A DNA stretch of 64,000 nucleotides, taken from Felis catus (taxonomy: Eukaryota). Position numbers and translations under genes: made by a program. The notes under the pieces were generated by a model that was not told the DNA's origin, did no database searches, and worked only from the letters and a program-made list of their open reading frames with translations. Every line of letters begins with the position of its first letter. Position 1 is the stretch's first letter. Of the stretch, positions 12,056-24,865 are shown one piece after another. The stretch spans positions 105,464,001 through 105,528,000 of the forward strand of contig NC_058368.1 of the NCBI RefSeq assembly GCF_018350175.1, given 5' to 3'.

Positions 12056-12621
12056 CGCTCCTGGAGCCGCTGCTGTGGTGGCAACTGCCGCGGGAGCATC
12101 AGCAATCGGCGTGCGCCGAAGCAGGACTCGGCCGCCCCTTCAACCGCCGGGCCGGACGCCGTCCGCAGGCTGCTCCGCCGAGGCCTGGGCTGCCGGCCCA
12201 TTGACGTGCAGCCCCAGGGGCGGGGAGAGAGGGAGGCGGCCGGGGGCCCTCTCCTCTTCGCCGCAGAGGGGGCGGGGGAAGGAGGTGGAGGGGTGGGAGG
12301 AGGGCGACGGAAGAGGAGGTAGCGGCGCGGAGATCCCGGTGACGGCGGTAAGGCGGTGCGCCGCCGCGCCTGCTCCTTGAGCGCGCTGCCGGTGCTGCTC
12401 GCGCTGCCCGAGGCCCGGCGCGGACTGGACGGAGGCGATCCTCGCGCAGGCAGCTCTCGCGTGGGGTCTCGCCGAAACCCGGGAGGGCCGGGACGCCGAG
12501 TGAGCGTCCGCCGCGCGACGCTGCGGGACCGCGGGTGGGCGGGCTGAGGGGCGGAGGAGCAGCCGACCCCGCCTCCCGCGTGCTGCAGCCGGAGCCGCCA
12601 CCGCTGCGGCCCCGCCGAGGC

Positions 12622-12844
12622 TTTAAACAGCGGGGCCCGCCCCGCGCCCACTGCACTCGCGCGCCGACTCGGCTGCCGGCGGCGTTTGTGCCGGTCCGGG
12701 CTAGCGGCGGCGACTGGCGGGTGGAGGGGCGAGCAATTCCGTCACCTGGCGTCGTGGCCGCAGGCACCGCCGGCGGGGGGCGCGGAGGGCTTGCAGCCCG
12801 CGACGTCCGCCAGGCTCTCTCAGTCTGCCGGGGGTCGGGCGGCG
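12622..12844 (+). promoter_or_regulatory. Probable core promoter and ATG-free 5' UTR
   Basis: Isolated TATA-like TTTAAA (12622-12627) about 33 nt upstream of an Inr-like CACT (12654-12657), with a GC box at ~12636-12642; no ATG between it and 12845. TSS position is inferred. Confidence 0.55.
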
Positions 12845-13576
12845 ATGGAACCGGGGCCCACGGCGCCCTCCTCCGGCGCCCCGAGGCTTCCCGGGGTCGG
12901 TGAGACGCCGCCAGCTGCCGCGCTGGCCGCCGCCGCGGTGGACCTGCCTGGCACGGCCGTGCCCTCAGCGTCCGAGGATGCTGCGGCCGCGAGCCGGGGC
13001 GGCGGCGGGGTCCGCGGGGAGGGCGCCGCGGCGGCTGGGGACGGACTGGGCAGACCTCTGGGGCCCACCCCGAGTCAGAGCCGCTTCCAGGTGGACCTGG
13101 TTTCCGAGAACGCCGGGCGGGCTGCGGCGGCCGCGGCGGCTGGTGCCGGGTCTGGGGGCAAGGAGACCGCAGCGGACGGGAAAGCTAGCGGCGAAAGCGC
13201 ACCAGGCAAAGGCAGCGAGGAAGCCAAGGGCCGCTTCCGCGTAAACTTCGTGGACCCGGCTGCCTCCTCATCCGCCGATGAGAGCCTGTCGGATGCGGCG
13301 GGGGTCGGAGGCGAAGGGCCCAACGTGAGCTTCCAGAACGGCGGGGACACGGTGCTGAGCGAGGGCAGTAGCTTGCACTCGGGCGGCGGCGGCGGCAGTG
13401 GGCACCACCAGCACTACTACTATGACACCCACACCAACACTTACTACCTGCGCACCTTCGGCCACAACACCATGGACGCCGTGCCTAGGATCGATCACTA
13501 CCGGCACACCGCGGCGCAGCTGGGCGAGAAGCTACTCCGGCCCAGCTTGGCTGAGCTCCATGATGAGCTTGAAAAG
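12845..13576 (+). CDS. SLC12A2: SLC12A2/NKCC1 coding exon 1 (244 codons, cytoplasmic N-terminus)
   Basis: ATG in strong Kozak context (gcgATGG). Translates [13 protein letters not shown]...RFQV...RFRVNF...[32 protein letters not shown]...LHDELEK, the NKCC1 N-terminus. Donor AAG|gtgagc at 13576/13577. Confidence 0.98.
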
Positions 13577-16139
13577 GTGAGCTCTCCCGGCCCCTCTCCC
13601 TGCATCCCTCTCACCAGCCCTCCCTCTTTCCCCAACCACTGGTCCTCCTTGACCGGGGGGATGTGGCCGCCGGCTGGCCACGGGTGAGGTGGCGGGAATG
13701 GACGTGCACGACTCCGTTGGCTTCTCAGCATTCAGCTGTCAAGGGTGGAATTGCAGAGGAATGTAACTTAATCTCATAAAAGTTTGCAGCGGGTTAAGCT
13801 AGTTAGGTAATGGAAGAGAGGCTGCGTGTAACAACCTTCACCATCCACTCCTGTGTCTCCTGTATACTTTTTCTCACCCGCGCTGTAACAGTCACCATCC
13901 CTCTGAATGACAGTTGTGCTTGTGGGCTTCTTAAAGGGAATGTGCGAGGAGGTTTAGGTGAGGATGTCTCTGGGGAGAGAGGGGAGAGCACCTACCATCT
14001 GCGCCCTTTTTAAAGGTTGTAGTGTATGGCTTATGTACACCCACTAGGGGTCTCGAGAGTGGGAACGCTAGTGTTTGAAGGGAGAATCTTAACCGGATGT
14101 GTTTATTATAGTCTATGAATTATTAAAGCTGAAACCTGCTATCTTGACTATGCAAAGGATTATACAGATATTGAGATATGCTGTTTCTGATAATGGCATA
14201 AATCTGTTTTTTATTACATAAATTTTTGGAGAGGACTATATAAAGATAACCGGGAGTCGGGGGAACGCAAAGTCCAAAATAGGGGGACGGCAGAGAAAGA
14301 AACTGAGAACGAGAAACAAGAGAATTGGTTTTTTTCTGTGAAGGATGTCCATAACTTCTGGGGTCCTGCGTAACTGGTTACACTTAGCGAACAGAAAACC
14401 ATCCCTATAAGGTCTATTGATGTCTGCAATTCTGTTTTTTATGGCCACATATGATTTTTATTTCTTCAGGGCCCAATATTATTATTTTGAGATAACCTCA
14501 ACACTTTGAGATTTGATTAATATTTAACTTTTATGAGTTCGGATTACTTGATTTCCACTTTAACAAGTATATAATGATTACATCGATGAGATATTGTGAA
14601 TGCAAATGTGGAAAAGTTTAAATACAGAAAGTATGTAATTTTTTTTGGATGTGATTATTTGATCTCATAGAGTCATTTCATACAAGACTATACTTGTCTT
14701 AGTGTTTGATAATGTAACATTCATACAGTTTGAAATAATTACAGAGGTCCCAATCCTTAGAGCTTAGTGACTCTTTAAACGCCTGACATCATTTAGCTTT
14801 CGATAATACTACTCCTGTTATTCCATTCTGGTATTTTGTCATATCAGAAGAAAAATGATTTTTAAAACACTTATACTTCTATACTCTCTTTCAAATTTAT
14901 ATTTTTACCCTTTCAAAACTATACATCTTTGTAAAGTAGATGTGTAGGTGGTAATTTCTCTTTTATTACAGCATTTTTATTATTTAAAAAATCATAAAGC
15001 TGTATTTCAGATAACACCAAAGCTGAGTAGTTTAGTAGTAAAGCAGTCTAAATTTACCCATAAGTGTTAAAAAGGGTTTTTAAATGGAAGTATGTTAGAG
15101 ACCTTGGACTTGTAAGCATCCTATAAAATTGTCTGAATAGCAAAGCACTTCGAGTTCTCCAAAACTTGAGGGTTTGTGTTGGGGAGCTTTTGATCAGTTT
15201 ACAGTGTCTTAAAAAGAACACCTGTATTGTTAGCTGTGTGGTTGAAGAAACCACTCAACTTTTTCAGCCTCCTCTCCTGCTTATTTTGAAGACTTCATTT
15301 TGAAGATTAGAAAGAAATGAACATCAAGGCCCGTGTTCAGTGCCTGGAAAATAGTGGCTAGTATAGTTATTATTTGATACATGTTGGTCCTTCAGAAAGT
15401 ACATAAACTCTAGGATTCTCTTAATTTCTACTTTATTAGATGAATATAGTATATAAAATGTTACGTTCATAGTTCATTTATGCAACAGGTGGTATAATGA
15501 GTTGTTTATAGTTCTTGTTTGTTTTTGTTTTTACCTTCTGCCCCTTGGTTCCTTTATGGTCGGTGAAAAAGGTATGTTAGGTTAACTAAGCATAGAATCT
15601 CCTATGGAAGATAATTTTGTTTAGAAATTAGGAAATGGACTTAAGAAACATGTCACATTAAGGAATACAGATGTGGATATAGAGATATACCACTGTTGAA
15701 GGAGGGCAGGAAAGGGGTTATAACATAGTTTGATTAGATCCCAAGAGGTTGTTCATCACCCAGTCTAGATTTACTTTTACGTGCATAAAATCTCTTCTAA
15801 ACTTCTAGCCCTCAATGAATCATAATATTTAGAATTCTGTAACATTGAATTCTAGCACTTGATCAGTGTCCTGTAGGCTGCTTTGGTCACTGAGTGCTTA
15901 AGAACCTACCTTAACTGGATCTAACTCTGTGCCATGTTCTATAGCAGGACAAAAGAAGTAAAAGACAAGAACTCTAGATCCTTATTAGGAGAAAGAACTA
16001 TATTCTCAGTCTTCCACTTGAATTCCTTTCTTTGCCCACCACTGTGACTTAAACGTTTTTTCCCTAAAAATCCAAATGAAGTGAAATAAATATTCATGCT
16101 GCATCTTGCTGTCTTATGCAGCCATTGTAGAGCCAGGAC

Positions 16140-16930
16140 TCATGAGTTTTTCCATTTATCAAATATTTATTGGAGACAGGAGTTTGTTAGGTATTGGCCA
16201 CCTGGCTATTGGTACTGTGGGTTGATGCAGTGGTCAGCAAAACAAATATTGTGCCTAGATATACCGTAACCAAATAGTTGCACAAATAACATAGTTTTAC
16301 CAACTTTATTTGCAGTGCTATGTAAGAAAGATGTAGGGTCTAGTAAGGATATAATGGGACCTGATCATATTGGAGTTGGGAAGGCTTGTTTTCAAGAAAT
16401 GTGACATCAAGCTAAAACCTAGAGGGTAAGTTAATGATAGGGCAGAACAGCATTCCAGGCCTAGGGAACAGTATATGTGAATATAGTGAGGGGAAGAGAG
16501 TGGTGTGTCCAAAGAACTATCAAGAGGCCAGTAGAAGATTTTATTATAGATACAGTGGTAGGTTCTTGAAGGATTTTTCGTGAGGTAGCAACATGATCTG
16601 TTTGGTTTGAACATCTCTGGCTGCTGGATAAAGAATGGATTGGCAGGGGCAACAGTGGAAGCAGGGAGACCCAAGCTATTACTGAGTTACAGATAATAAC
16701 AGTTGGTGGCAGAATGAGTTGCATGCAGGTGGATTGGATATGGGAGTGAAAGAGAAGCGGATTCCCCGATTTTGGACTTGAGCAACTGTGTAGATGGTGC
16801 CACCATTGCCTGAGGTGGCCAACCCAGGGGAAGGACTAGATATGAGAGGGGAAAGAGAGAATTGTGTTTTGAGTAGTATCTTGAGCTGGTAAGATAATTA
16901 GCCCAAGAGTCATATTGAGGGAGGGGGGCT
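16140..16930 (-). mobile_element. L2 fragment
   Basis: 'tcaaatatttattg', 'cagcattccaggc..agggaacag', 'gagcaactgtgtagatggtgc'. Confidence 0.65.
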
Positions 16931-16954
16931 GAATACATGTTATATCTACATAAA

Positions 16955-17110
16955 CTTTATGTATATGTATGTAGATACACATATGTACATACACACGCAG
17001 GTATGTGTACATGTATGTGTATGTATATACATGTGTATATACGTGTGCATATACAACAAAAATATATATGTGTGTCTATATACAGAGAGAGAGAGAACGC
17101 GCACGCACGC
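16955..17110. repeat. Degenerate TA/TG/CA low-complexity tract
   Basis: About 150 nt, mostly alternating purine-pyrimidine. Confidence 0.8.
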
Positions 17111-17178
17111 GCTGAAGTCATGGACTTGAAATGACTTCAGTAGAGTGGGAGGATAACAGAAAAGAATTCGAGTCGGGG

Positions 17179-17396
17179 AGGGGCGCCTGGGTGGCTCAGT
17201 CCGTTAAGTGTCCACCTTTGGCTTAAGTCGTGATCTCACGGTTTGTGGATTCGAGCCCCACATCCGGCTCTGCTGTCAGCATGGAGCCTGCTTGGGGTAC
17301 TCTGTCTCCCTCTTCTGCCCCTCTCCCGTGCAGGTGCATGTGCACAGTTTCTCTCTTTCTCTCTCAAAAATAAATAAACATTAAAAAAAAAAAAAA
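17179..17396 (+). mobile_element. CanSINE
   Basis: Canonical head and poly-A tail. Confidence 0.9.
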
Positions 17397-18917
17397 GGAA
17401 ATAGGGTCTGGGGTTGGGAATAGGGAATGTGTAAGTCTGTTAGAAGTTGAGGAGACGAGAGCAAGGGGAACTGAGAAGGAGCTGCTAGGCTGGTGAGAAA
17501 TAGCCAGGATAGCAATGTCAGGGAAGCTGAGAGAAGAGTTTTAAAGATGCCAGAAACTCTTCAGTGCTGATGCCAGGAATTGATTTTTTTTTTAATGTGT
17601 TTCAAAAAATGAATCCAAAGTAGTGATTCTTGCCCCTACAAGAAGAAATTTAAAAGTGAAAGGCAAACAAATAAGCATTTGATGGGCAACTTCACTTACA
17701 GATGGACAACATGATGATCAAATGTAGACAAGTTGGGTGGTAGACAATCCATAATAGCTTCTACTGGATTTAAAGCATTATTAAAAGAGTTCTAAAGGTA
17801 GAATTACCTTTGCACAGTAGTCCTTAGTCAAAGCTTGAGAGCCTTTGGTGGTTGGATGTCAAGACTTTGCATATGGCCTCTCTGTTACAGCCTTTTTCCC
17901 TAATAAGAAGAGGAGGAACTACATTTAGTATCTTTTATGTCTCCCGGAGCTTACTCATTTTTCATACGTTGCGTCAGAAGCAGTTCTTACACATGTTATT
18001 CGTGATAAAATGGGTTCACAGAAGCTGAAGAAATTACTTACTGCTACTCATAGAAAGTGATACAACTGGAAATCACTCCCAGGGATTTCTCACTCTAAGG
18101 CTTAGAAATAGTAAGTAGCTCTTATCTCTTACTATGATCTCTTCTGCCTTCCTGTTCCCCAGACGTGCTGTGAGATGACAGGGATGTTGAGGGGGACAGG
18201 TTGGAGATAACCAACATCATCCCTCTGCCCTGATTTCCTTAAAGTGGAATGATTATATAACTGAGAGATATGAGGAGGAATGCTTGTGAAAATGTGATTA
18301 TTGATGAACATGACTGTCGCTTTCATAGGATATGGGCCTGTGTCTCATTTATCTCCATACAGAGAATAGGTACTTAATAAACATTTGTTCATTGAATGTA
18401 TCAGGGTAGGTAGTTCTTCCTTCTTAACAAGGAATTTACGTAGAACATCATACAGTATGTTATCTCCACATACTCGTGTAGCTGCTTCTCTGAGTGGGTT
18501 GCATTGATTCTTGGACAAGAAATTCCACACACTACTAACTACTTCAGTACATAGCTTGCGTCCTTGAAGGTTCCTGAAGGAACAAGAATGGGTCACATCC
18601 TGGGAAGGGAGGGCGGGTAGGAGAGTGCCAGGACTGAATAAAGGTGGGAACCTGATAAGAAATATTTGCACATGGCAAAGTCAAACTTGAGAGACTTTAC
18701 ACTTTTGCCAGGGGCTCTACCCTGCTTAACCCAAGCCACCTGAAGTGAAAGCTGGTTTTTCCATAATACTGTACACAGTCCCCCAGGTTGTCTACCCTGC
18801 CTGGGTAGAAGGAAAGATAAACTTTGGGATTTAAAGTGTGGCAGAACTGTACATTGCTATCATAATTGATGTCTTCCCAATCCCATGAGACTGGAGGGGA
18901 CTTGAGGGGGACATGTG

Positions 18918-19237
18918 TTGTTTTTTTGGTTTTTTGTTTTTAACGTATATTTTATTTTTTGAGAGAGAAAGGACAAACGGGAGGGGCAGAGACAGAGGGG
19001 GAGACACAGAATCCAAAGAAGGCTCCAGGCTCTGAGATTCAGTACAGAGCCTGATGCAGGGGTCGAACACACAATCATGAGATCATGACCTCAGCTGAAG
19101 TCAGATGCTTAACTGACTAAGCTACCCAGGCAGCCCTCTTGGTTCTTTGGTGTTGAGTGTGTTTGTTTCAAATAATTTTTTTAATGTATTTATTTAATTT
19201 GAGAGATAGAGAGTACAAGTAGGGGAGGTGGAGAGGC

Positions 19238-19269
<32 letters not shown>

Positions 19270-19380
19270 AATCCCAAACATGAGGATCGTAAGAATTTGC
19301 CAGGGCAGAATCCAACACAGGGCTTAAACTCAGGAAATCAAGAGTTGGACACTTAATCAACTGAACCACCCAGGTGCCCT
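18918..19380 (-). mobile_element. Two minus-strand CanSINEs (~18918-19135 and ~19176-19380)
   Basis: Reverse heads ...cccaggcagccc and ...cacccaggtgccc, each with a T-rich tail. Confidence 0.85.
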
Positions 19381-19479
19381 TTAAATAAATTTTAACTCCA
19401 TGTTTCATATATGTGTTTGGAATGTTTCCAGTAGTAATCCTATTGATACCTTGCTGAAGTGAAATGAATATGGATTTAG

Positions 19480-20100
19480 TTGTTCAACAAATCCTTACTG
19501 AGCACCAGCAGCAACAGCACTGTTTTAAGTGCTGGAGATACAGCCATGAACAGAGACAAGTCATGGAGCTTTCATTCTAGTGTTAGGAGAAAATAAGCAA
19601 ATGGGTCAGATGTAATTACTGTGCAGAAAAATTAAAGGTGGTGATGGCTGGGGTAATGCTTTATAAGGGTGGTCAGAGAGGGCTTCTCTGAGGCACGAAC
19701 AGACTCTAGATGAGGGATCACCCCTTGCAGGTACTTGGGGTAGAAGAGCAATCTAGGCAGATGAGTGAACATCCCCATGACCCTGAGGTGGAAGTGTGTC
19801 CGGGGTGATTGAGATACGAGAAGGCAGCAGTACTGGAGGAAAAAGGGAGAGGAGAGGAGGTCAGAGCAGTTGTGAGGAGCAAACCTAAAGTAATGGTGTT
19901 TGAGGTGATGACAGGTGTTAAGGTGCTAGGTATATTTAAAAGATACAATTGTTGGGATTTGCTGATGGTTTGGATGACGGGTGTGTGGAAAGATTAATGC
20001 TAGGGTTTGTTCCCTGTTTGGAATGGAGTTGATACTTGAGATGAGGAAGATTGTGGAAAGAGCAGGTTTGGGAGGTGGATTCAAGAGTTGGTTTCATTGG
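19480..20100 (-). mobile_element. L2 fragment
   Basis: 'ttcaacaaatccttactgagcacc', 'atggagctttcattctagtg'. Confidence 0.65.
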
Positions 20101-22508
20101 GCAAATTATTTCTACCATGGGGCAGGCACTAACAAAATGACAGCCTCTACTTTGTGAAATAATAGTACTTAAAAATGGGTTTTAATTTGTAGCTTAAAAA
20201 TGTGCTTTTATACTTCAAATTTTAGGTCAAGCCATGAATCAGTAGTTGTTCAGAAAGAGTATACAGCAGAGTACAAAGAGTGGGCAACAAAGGAGTGAGG
20301 GATGGACAACAATGAAAACAACTTAAAATAATTGAAGTTAAAAACATATCAGTGTTTTCTTATTTAAAATATGAAAGCTGTCATCTGCCACTGACTCCTT
20401 TATCCTGTGATTTTTTTACTAGAATCTGTATCAGTGCTGTCTAAAAGCTGTTACGAAAAACTGGTACTGATAGAGAACTTGGGGTTTTCTAATTAGAAGG
20501 TGGGAAAAATCTAAAAAGCAAAAACAGCTTAGTGGAATGTTGTCTCTGCAGAAGCTAATTATGACAGGTGATTTGTAGTGCCCTTGGGCTCTCAAATTTC
20601 CTTGCTTTAAATTTACACTATGCTGTTTTTCAACATTGACTAATGAGACATTCATCTAGGTTGAGAATCATAGAAACATCTGAGATGGTTCTTTGTTTTG
20701 GTGTCACTTAGTTCCTTCAACAGTGTGGTTTCTAACAGAGTTAACTATATAAGTCATTTTGGGGTTTTGTGGAGGGTAGGTGACTTTGTAGGGTAGGCTT
20801 GATTTTTCCAGTGGAGATTTAAAGGACCTGTGAGGACCCTGACCACCTGCTGTGCTATGGCTTCTGTGCTATCATTTTATTTAAATAGTTCTTGTTAAAG
20901 TGACCGGTGACCTCCATCCTATTACCATGTCCAGAAAACCTCCCCTCACCCCCACCTCCTCAGCATTCAGCCTTCCAGCAGAATTTGATTTTCTCTTGAG
21001 CTCTTCTTTGCCCTTCTTTGGACTTTGTAACACCACTTTGCCTTTTAACTTTTCTCCCTTTCTGGCTCTTTGAGCACAGGGTCTTAGGCAGTCTCCATCA
21101 TGTCCAAATTGGCCTTCCTCAAGGCTTGATTCTGCCTTTTCTTCTTCTTCTGTTTTCCTTTTTCTTTCCCTATGCTGTATCATCTGTAGGCTAATGAATC
21201 CCCAAATTTTGTGTCCTACCCACATCTCTTTAGTGCATTCAGGACATCCAGTGACTATGGGATATTTTTGCTTCTTATCTGAAGGACACCCTGTACTCAC
21301 ACACTTAGGATTTTCTCCCTCCCATTCCAAAAGCAAAACGACCCAGGCATCTTCCAGTATGCCCTATGTCTCCATGGATGGTACCACTATTCATCGTGTT
21401 ACACAGGTGAGAAGTATATGAGTGAGTCATCCTTGATACTTTTTTTCATCCTCCCTCATTGAGGTTATCACCAAGTGCTTTCTATCCCCTTTATTTCCTA
21501 AATATTCTTTTCATCTTCACTGTTCCCATCCTAAACCAAACTGTAGCATGTCCCCCTGTAACCTAATAACTGGATTTCCCCTATTCACTGTGCACTCCCA
21601 ACACTGTTGTACCTAGAGTAGTTTTAAAACAAAAAGGATATGTTATTATCCCTTGGCTTAAAACTAGCACCTCATTGTCCGTGTCTGGCTTACCTCTTCC
21701 TCACTGTTTCAGTTACTCGGTGGCACAGTATTTCCTTTGGCCATAGGGCCTTGGTATATAATATTGTCCAAGATCTCTTCCTCCCTTCTCCTCCATACAT
21801 GCATTGTTAACTTTTCAGTTTTAAGATTTCACTTCCATCCTGTTTCCTCAGAGAGGAAGCTTTTATCCTCTAGCTGGGACAAAACGCTTCTTCCCTGAGA
21901 GCCTTTATATCATGTAATAATAGTATATTTATTAATGTGGTTATTTGAATTGGCATGAGTTGACTTCAGGCTCCCTGAGAAGCAAACTATGTCTGTGGCT
22001 ACTTATCATTATGTGTTTCTAGTACCTTTTATATAGTTTTGACTGTAGCATGCCCTGAACCAATACATTTTGAAATAGAGAACTCATTCTTTGTAAATTA
22101 ATGGAATACAAAAGAATCTTATACTCTTTGACACACCTTATATTTGTTATTTAGAATCTCTAAAGGACATTTGACAGGCAAATTACTCCAATATGCATAT
22201 TGGGAGTTTAAGAAGCCAAAGAGGCCGGTAAGTAACCTGTCCAAAATCCTAGGACTTGTAACTACCTGAGCCAGGGTTGGAACTTGGAGCAAATATTCTG
22301 ACTTTAAGTTGGTGTTAATTCCAGGATCCTGTATTTTAATACTGTATAAGTTCTTTGTTATTTCGGTGATTGTTTTCATTTTCAAATACCCATGACAGTT
22401 GTTTTTAAGTTCATTGAAGATAATGTAGGAGAGATTTGGAATCCTCAGTATTATTGTATGAATGTATATCTTTTTCTAGTGGAAAGTCTTTTAAAAAAAA
22501 TTATAAGA

Positions 22509-22735
22509 AGGGTGCCTGGAAGGCTCATTCGGTAGGTCATGATCTCGCATTTTGTGAGTCGAGCCCAGCATCGGGCTCTGTGCTGACAGCTCATGCTGAG
22601 CTTCATGCCTGCTTCAGATACTTGTGTCCACCTTTCTCTCTGCCCCTCCCCCACTCACATTCTGTCTCTGTCTCAAAAATAAATAAACATTAAAAAATAA
22701 AAATTTTAAAAATTAAATATAAGAAAGGTTTGTTT

Positions 22736-22766
<31 letters not shown>

Positions 22767-22870
22767 AAGATCTAATTGTCAGTAATCTGCATACCCAAAT
22801 GGAGCTCAAACTTCTAACCCCAAGATCAAGAGCCCTATGCTCTGCTGACTGAACCAGCCAGTCGCCCCTG
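22509..22870. mobile_element. Tail-to-tail CanSINE pair (+ ~22509-22715; short - ~22730-22870)
   Basis: A plus-strand SINE followed by a (GTTTT)n tail and the reverse head gccagtcgcccc. Confidence 0.8.
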
Positions 22871-22974
22871 AGGAAGTTTGTTATAAATGGAATCTTAACT
22901 AAGGTTTTGTTTCCTCTGCCTTTCCCTATCCGTACATACCTCCCAAAAGACCTAAATTTTTTAATGTTGTAGGG

Positions 22975-23180
22975 CTATGCTTTCTGCTAGTGTAACCAGT
23001 AGTCCTATGTGGCTGTGAAACTAAATCTAAACTTAAGTTTAAAATTCAGTTTTTCAGTTACTAGAGCTACCTTTTATGTGCTTGAATACCCACATGTGGC
23101 TAATGGCTACCCAAATGGGCAGCTGGAGAGCTGGAAAATTTGCTTCATTACAGAGAGATCCATTAGAACATGCTATCAAG
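22975..23180. mobile_element. MER3/MER33-like hAT fossil
   Basis: 'aaattcagtttttcag...ccacatgtggctaatggctacc'. Confidence 0.6.
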
Positions 23181-23272
23181 GGAAGTAATACTTAATAGGA
23201 CTTTTTTTCTTCCTTCATTTCTCCTTTCTTTTCTTCCATATTAAATAGCCTAGTTTAAAATAACTAAAGTCA

Positions 23273-23470
23273 GGGGTGCCTGGGTGGCTCACTCGGTTGA
23301 GTGTCCAACTTCAGCTTAGGTCATGATCTCCACAGCTCATGAGTTCGAGCCCCACATCAGGCTCTGTGCTGAAAGCTCAGAGCATGGAGCCTGCTTCGGA
23401 TTCTGTGTCTGCCTCTGTCTCTGCTCCTAACCCACTTGCATTCTCTCTCAAAAATAAACATTAAAAAAAT
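23273..23470 (+). mobile_element. CanSINE
   Basis: Canonical head; TSD-like taaagtca on both sides. Confidence 0.9.
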
Positions 23471-24398
23471 TTTTTAATTATTAAAGTCAAATTTTCTTGT
23501 AATTTTGCATGGGATCCTTCCTCATATAAAGGTGTTTAGACATATTAGGCCCTCCATGAAGTGTTTGTTGAACAGTGGAAACTTCCCATTTCCATCTGAG
23601 ACTGAAAATCTGGGTCTTTAATTGGAAAGGTTATAAGGAATTTCTTAATATTGTATAAAGTGTTAAGGTTTCCAAAGCACTCTTAACTTACATATCTGTA
23701 TTTGGTCTTCAAATCTATCTTTGGAGGAGGTAAGTTTTAAGAAGATCTTGAAGTAGCAGTCTCATTTTGCAAGGTCTGGTTTGTCTAAAGTCAACACAAC
23801 TGATACTTGGTGAGGCTGAATCTTGTTGAAACTGGGTCTTTGCCTTCCTCTCCTTTTCTTCTGAACCAGTGATTTCTAAATAAGAATCCCCTGGAGAAAA
23901 ACTACAGACTCCTTTCTTCCAAAATTTTTAAAAAGCTTTCCTGGTGTTTCCCAGAGAGCCAGGTTTAAGAACCAGTGTCCCAGAGCATGTTGAGAGTCTT
24001 ACACTTTGGTTATGCCTATGACAGTAGTACATTGTTATTTTTTTGATGTGCTGATGATACTCAACTTTAAAATACCCTTATATACGATAAGGGTACTACT
24101 CCCAAGATCCCCCTTTAACCCTTCAATAACATGTACTGAATTGCATTAAGTTACCAGTTATTGGGTATCTGTCGTGTTTCAGGAGCTTTCTGTAGTCTGA
24201 GCACAATTAACTTCCAAACCAGGTAATTTATCAATAGACAAACTCAGAGGCTAATAGAACTTGCTGAAGTCTCTTAGCCAGTAAGTGATAGATGGCTGTT
24301 TATACATACCTGGAAACATTAACAAAAGCTTACCTGTGAGGTATTAGGGCCGACATGTATATTGCTTTATAAGTGGCCTCTTAAAATCCTGTAGGGAA

Positions 24399-24865
24399 GG
24401 GCGCCTGGGTGGCTCAGTAGGTAAAGCTTCTTCTGACTTCAGCTCAGTCATGATCTCACAGTTCATTGGTTAGAGCCCGGTGGCAGGCTTTGTGCTGAAA
24501 GCTCAGAGCCTGGAGCCTGCCTGGGATCTCCTTCTCTCTGCCCCTCCCCCGCTTGTTCTCTGTCTCTCTCTGTCTCTCTCTGTCTCTGTGTGTGTGTGTG
24601 TGTCTGCCTTTCTGTCTGTCTCTGTGTCTCTCAAAAGTAAATAAAATAAAATCCTGGGGCACTTGGGTGGCTCAATAGGTTAACCGTCCGACTTTGGCTC
24701 AGGTCATGATCTCCTGGTTCACGAGTTTGAGCCCTGCATCAGGCTCTGTGCTGACAGCTCACAGCGTGGAGCCTTTTTCAGATTCTCTGTCTCCCTCTCT
24801 CTCTACCCCTCCCCTGCTTCTACTCTGTCTCTCTCTCAAAAATCAATAAAATATTAAAAAATAAT
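24399..24865 (+). mobile_element. Nested/tandem CanSINE pair (24399-~24650 and 24656-~24865)
   Basis: Two heads; TSDs aaaatcctgtagggaa and aataaaatcct. Confidence 0.9.

Larger units (their letters stand above)
11680..13730. promoter_or_regulatory. CpG island / SLC12A2 promoter
   Basis: Abrupt switch from AT-rich, CpG-depleted DNA to about 2 kb of very GC-rich, CpG-dense DNA spanning exon 1; many GGGCGG/CCGCCC boxes. Confidence 0.93.

Noticed and set aside
13577..13687. C-terminal part of the 333-aa ORF (VSSPGPSP...)
   Set aside because: Read-through past the consensus donor AAG|gtgagc; NKCC1 similarity stops at ELEK and resumes in exon 2.
11616..13731. Many long overlapping ORFs on both strands (e.g. 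12001-12651 and 12099-12767 on minus)
   Set aside because: Expected from stop-codon scarcity in a CpG island; low-complexity Arg/Pro/Ala/Gly products with no recognisable family.
20881..21336. 151-aa minus-strand ORF
   Set aside because: Arises from a pyrimidine-rich, L2-like region; no recognisable domain or splice context.
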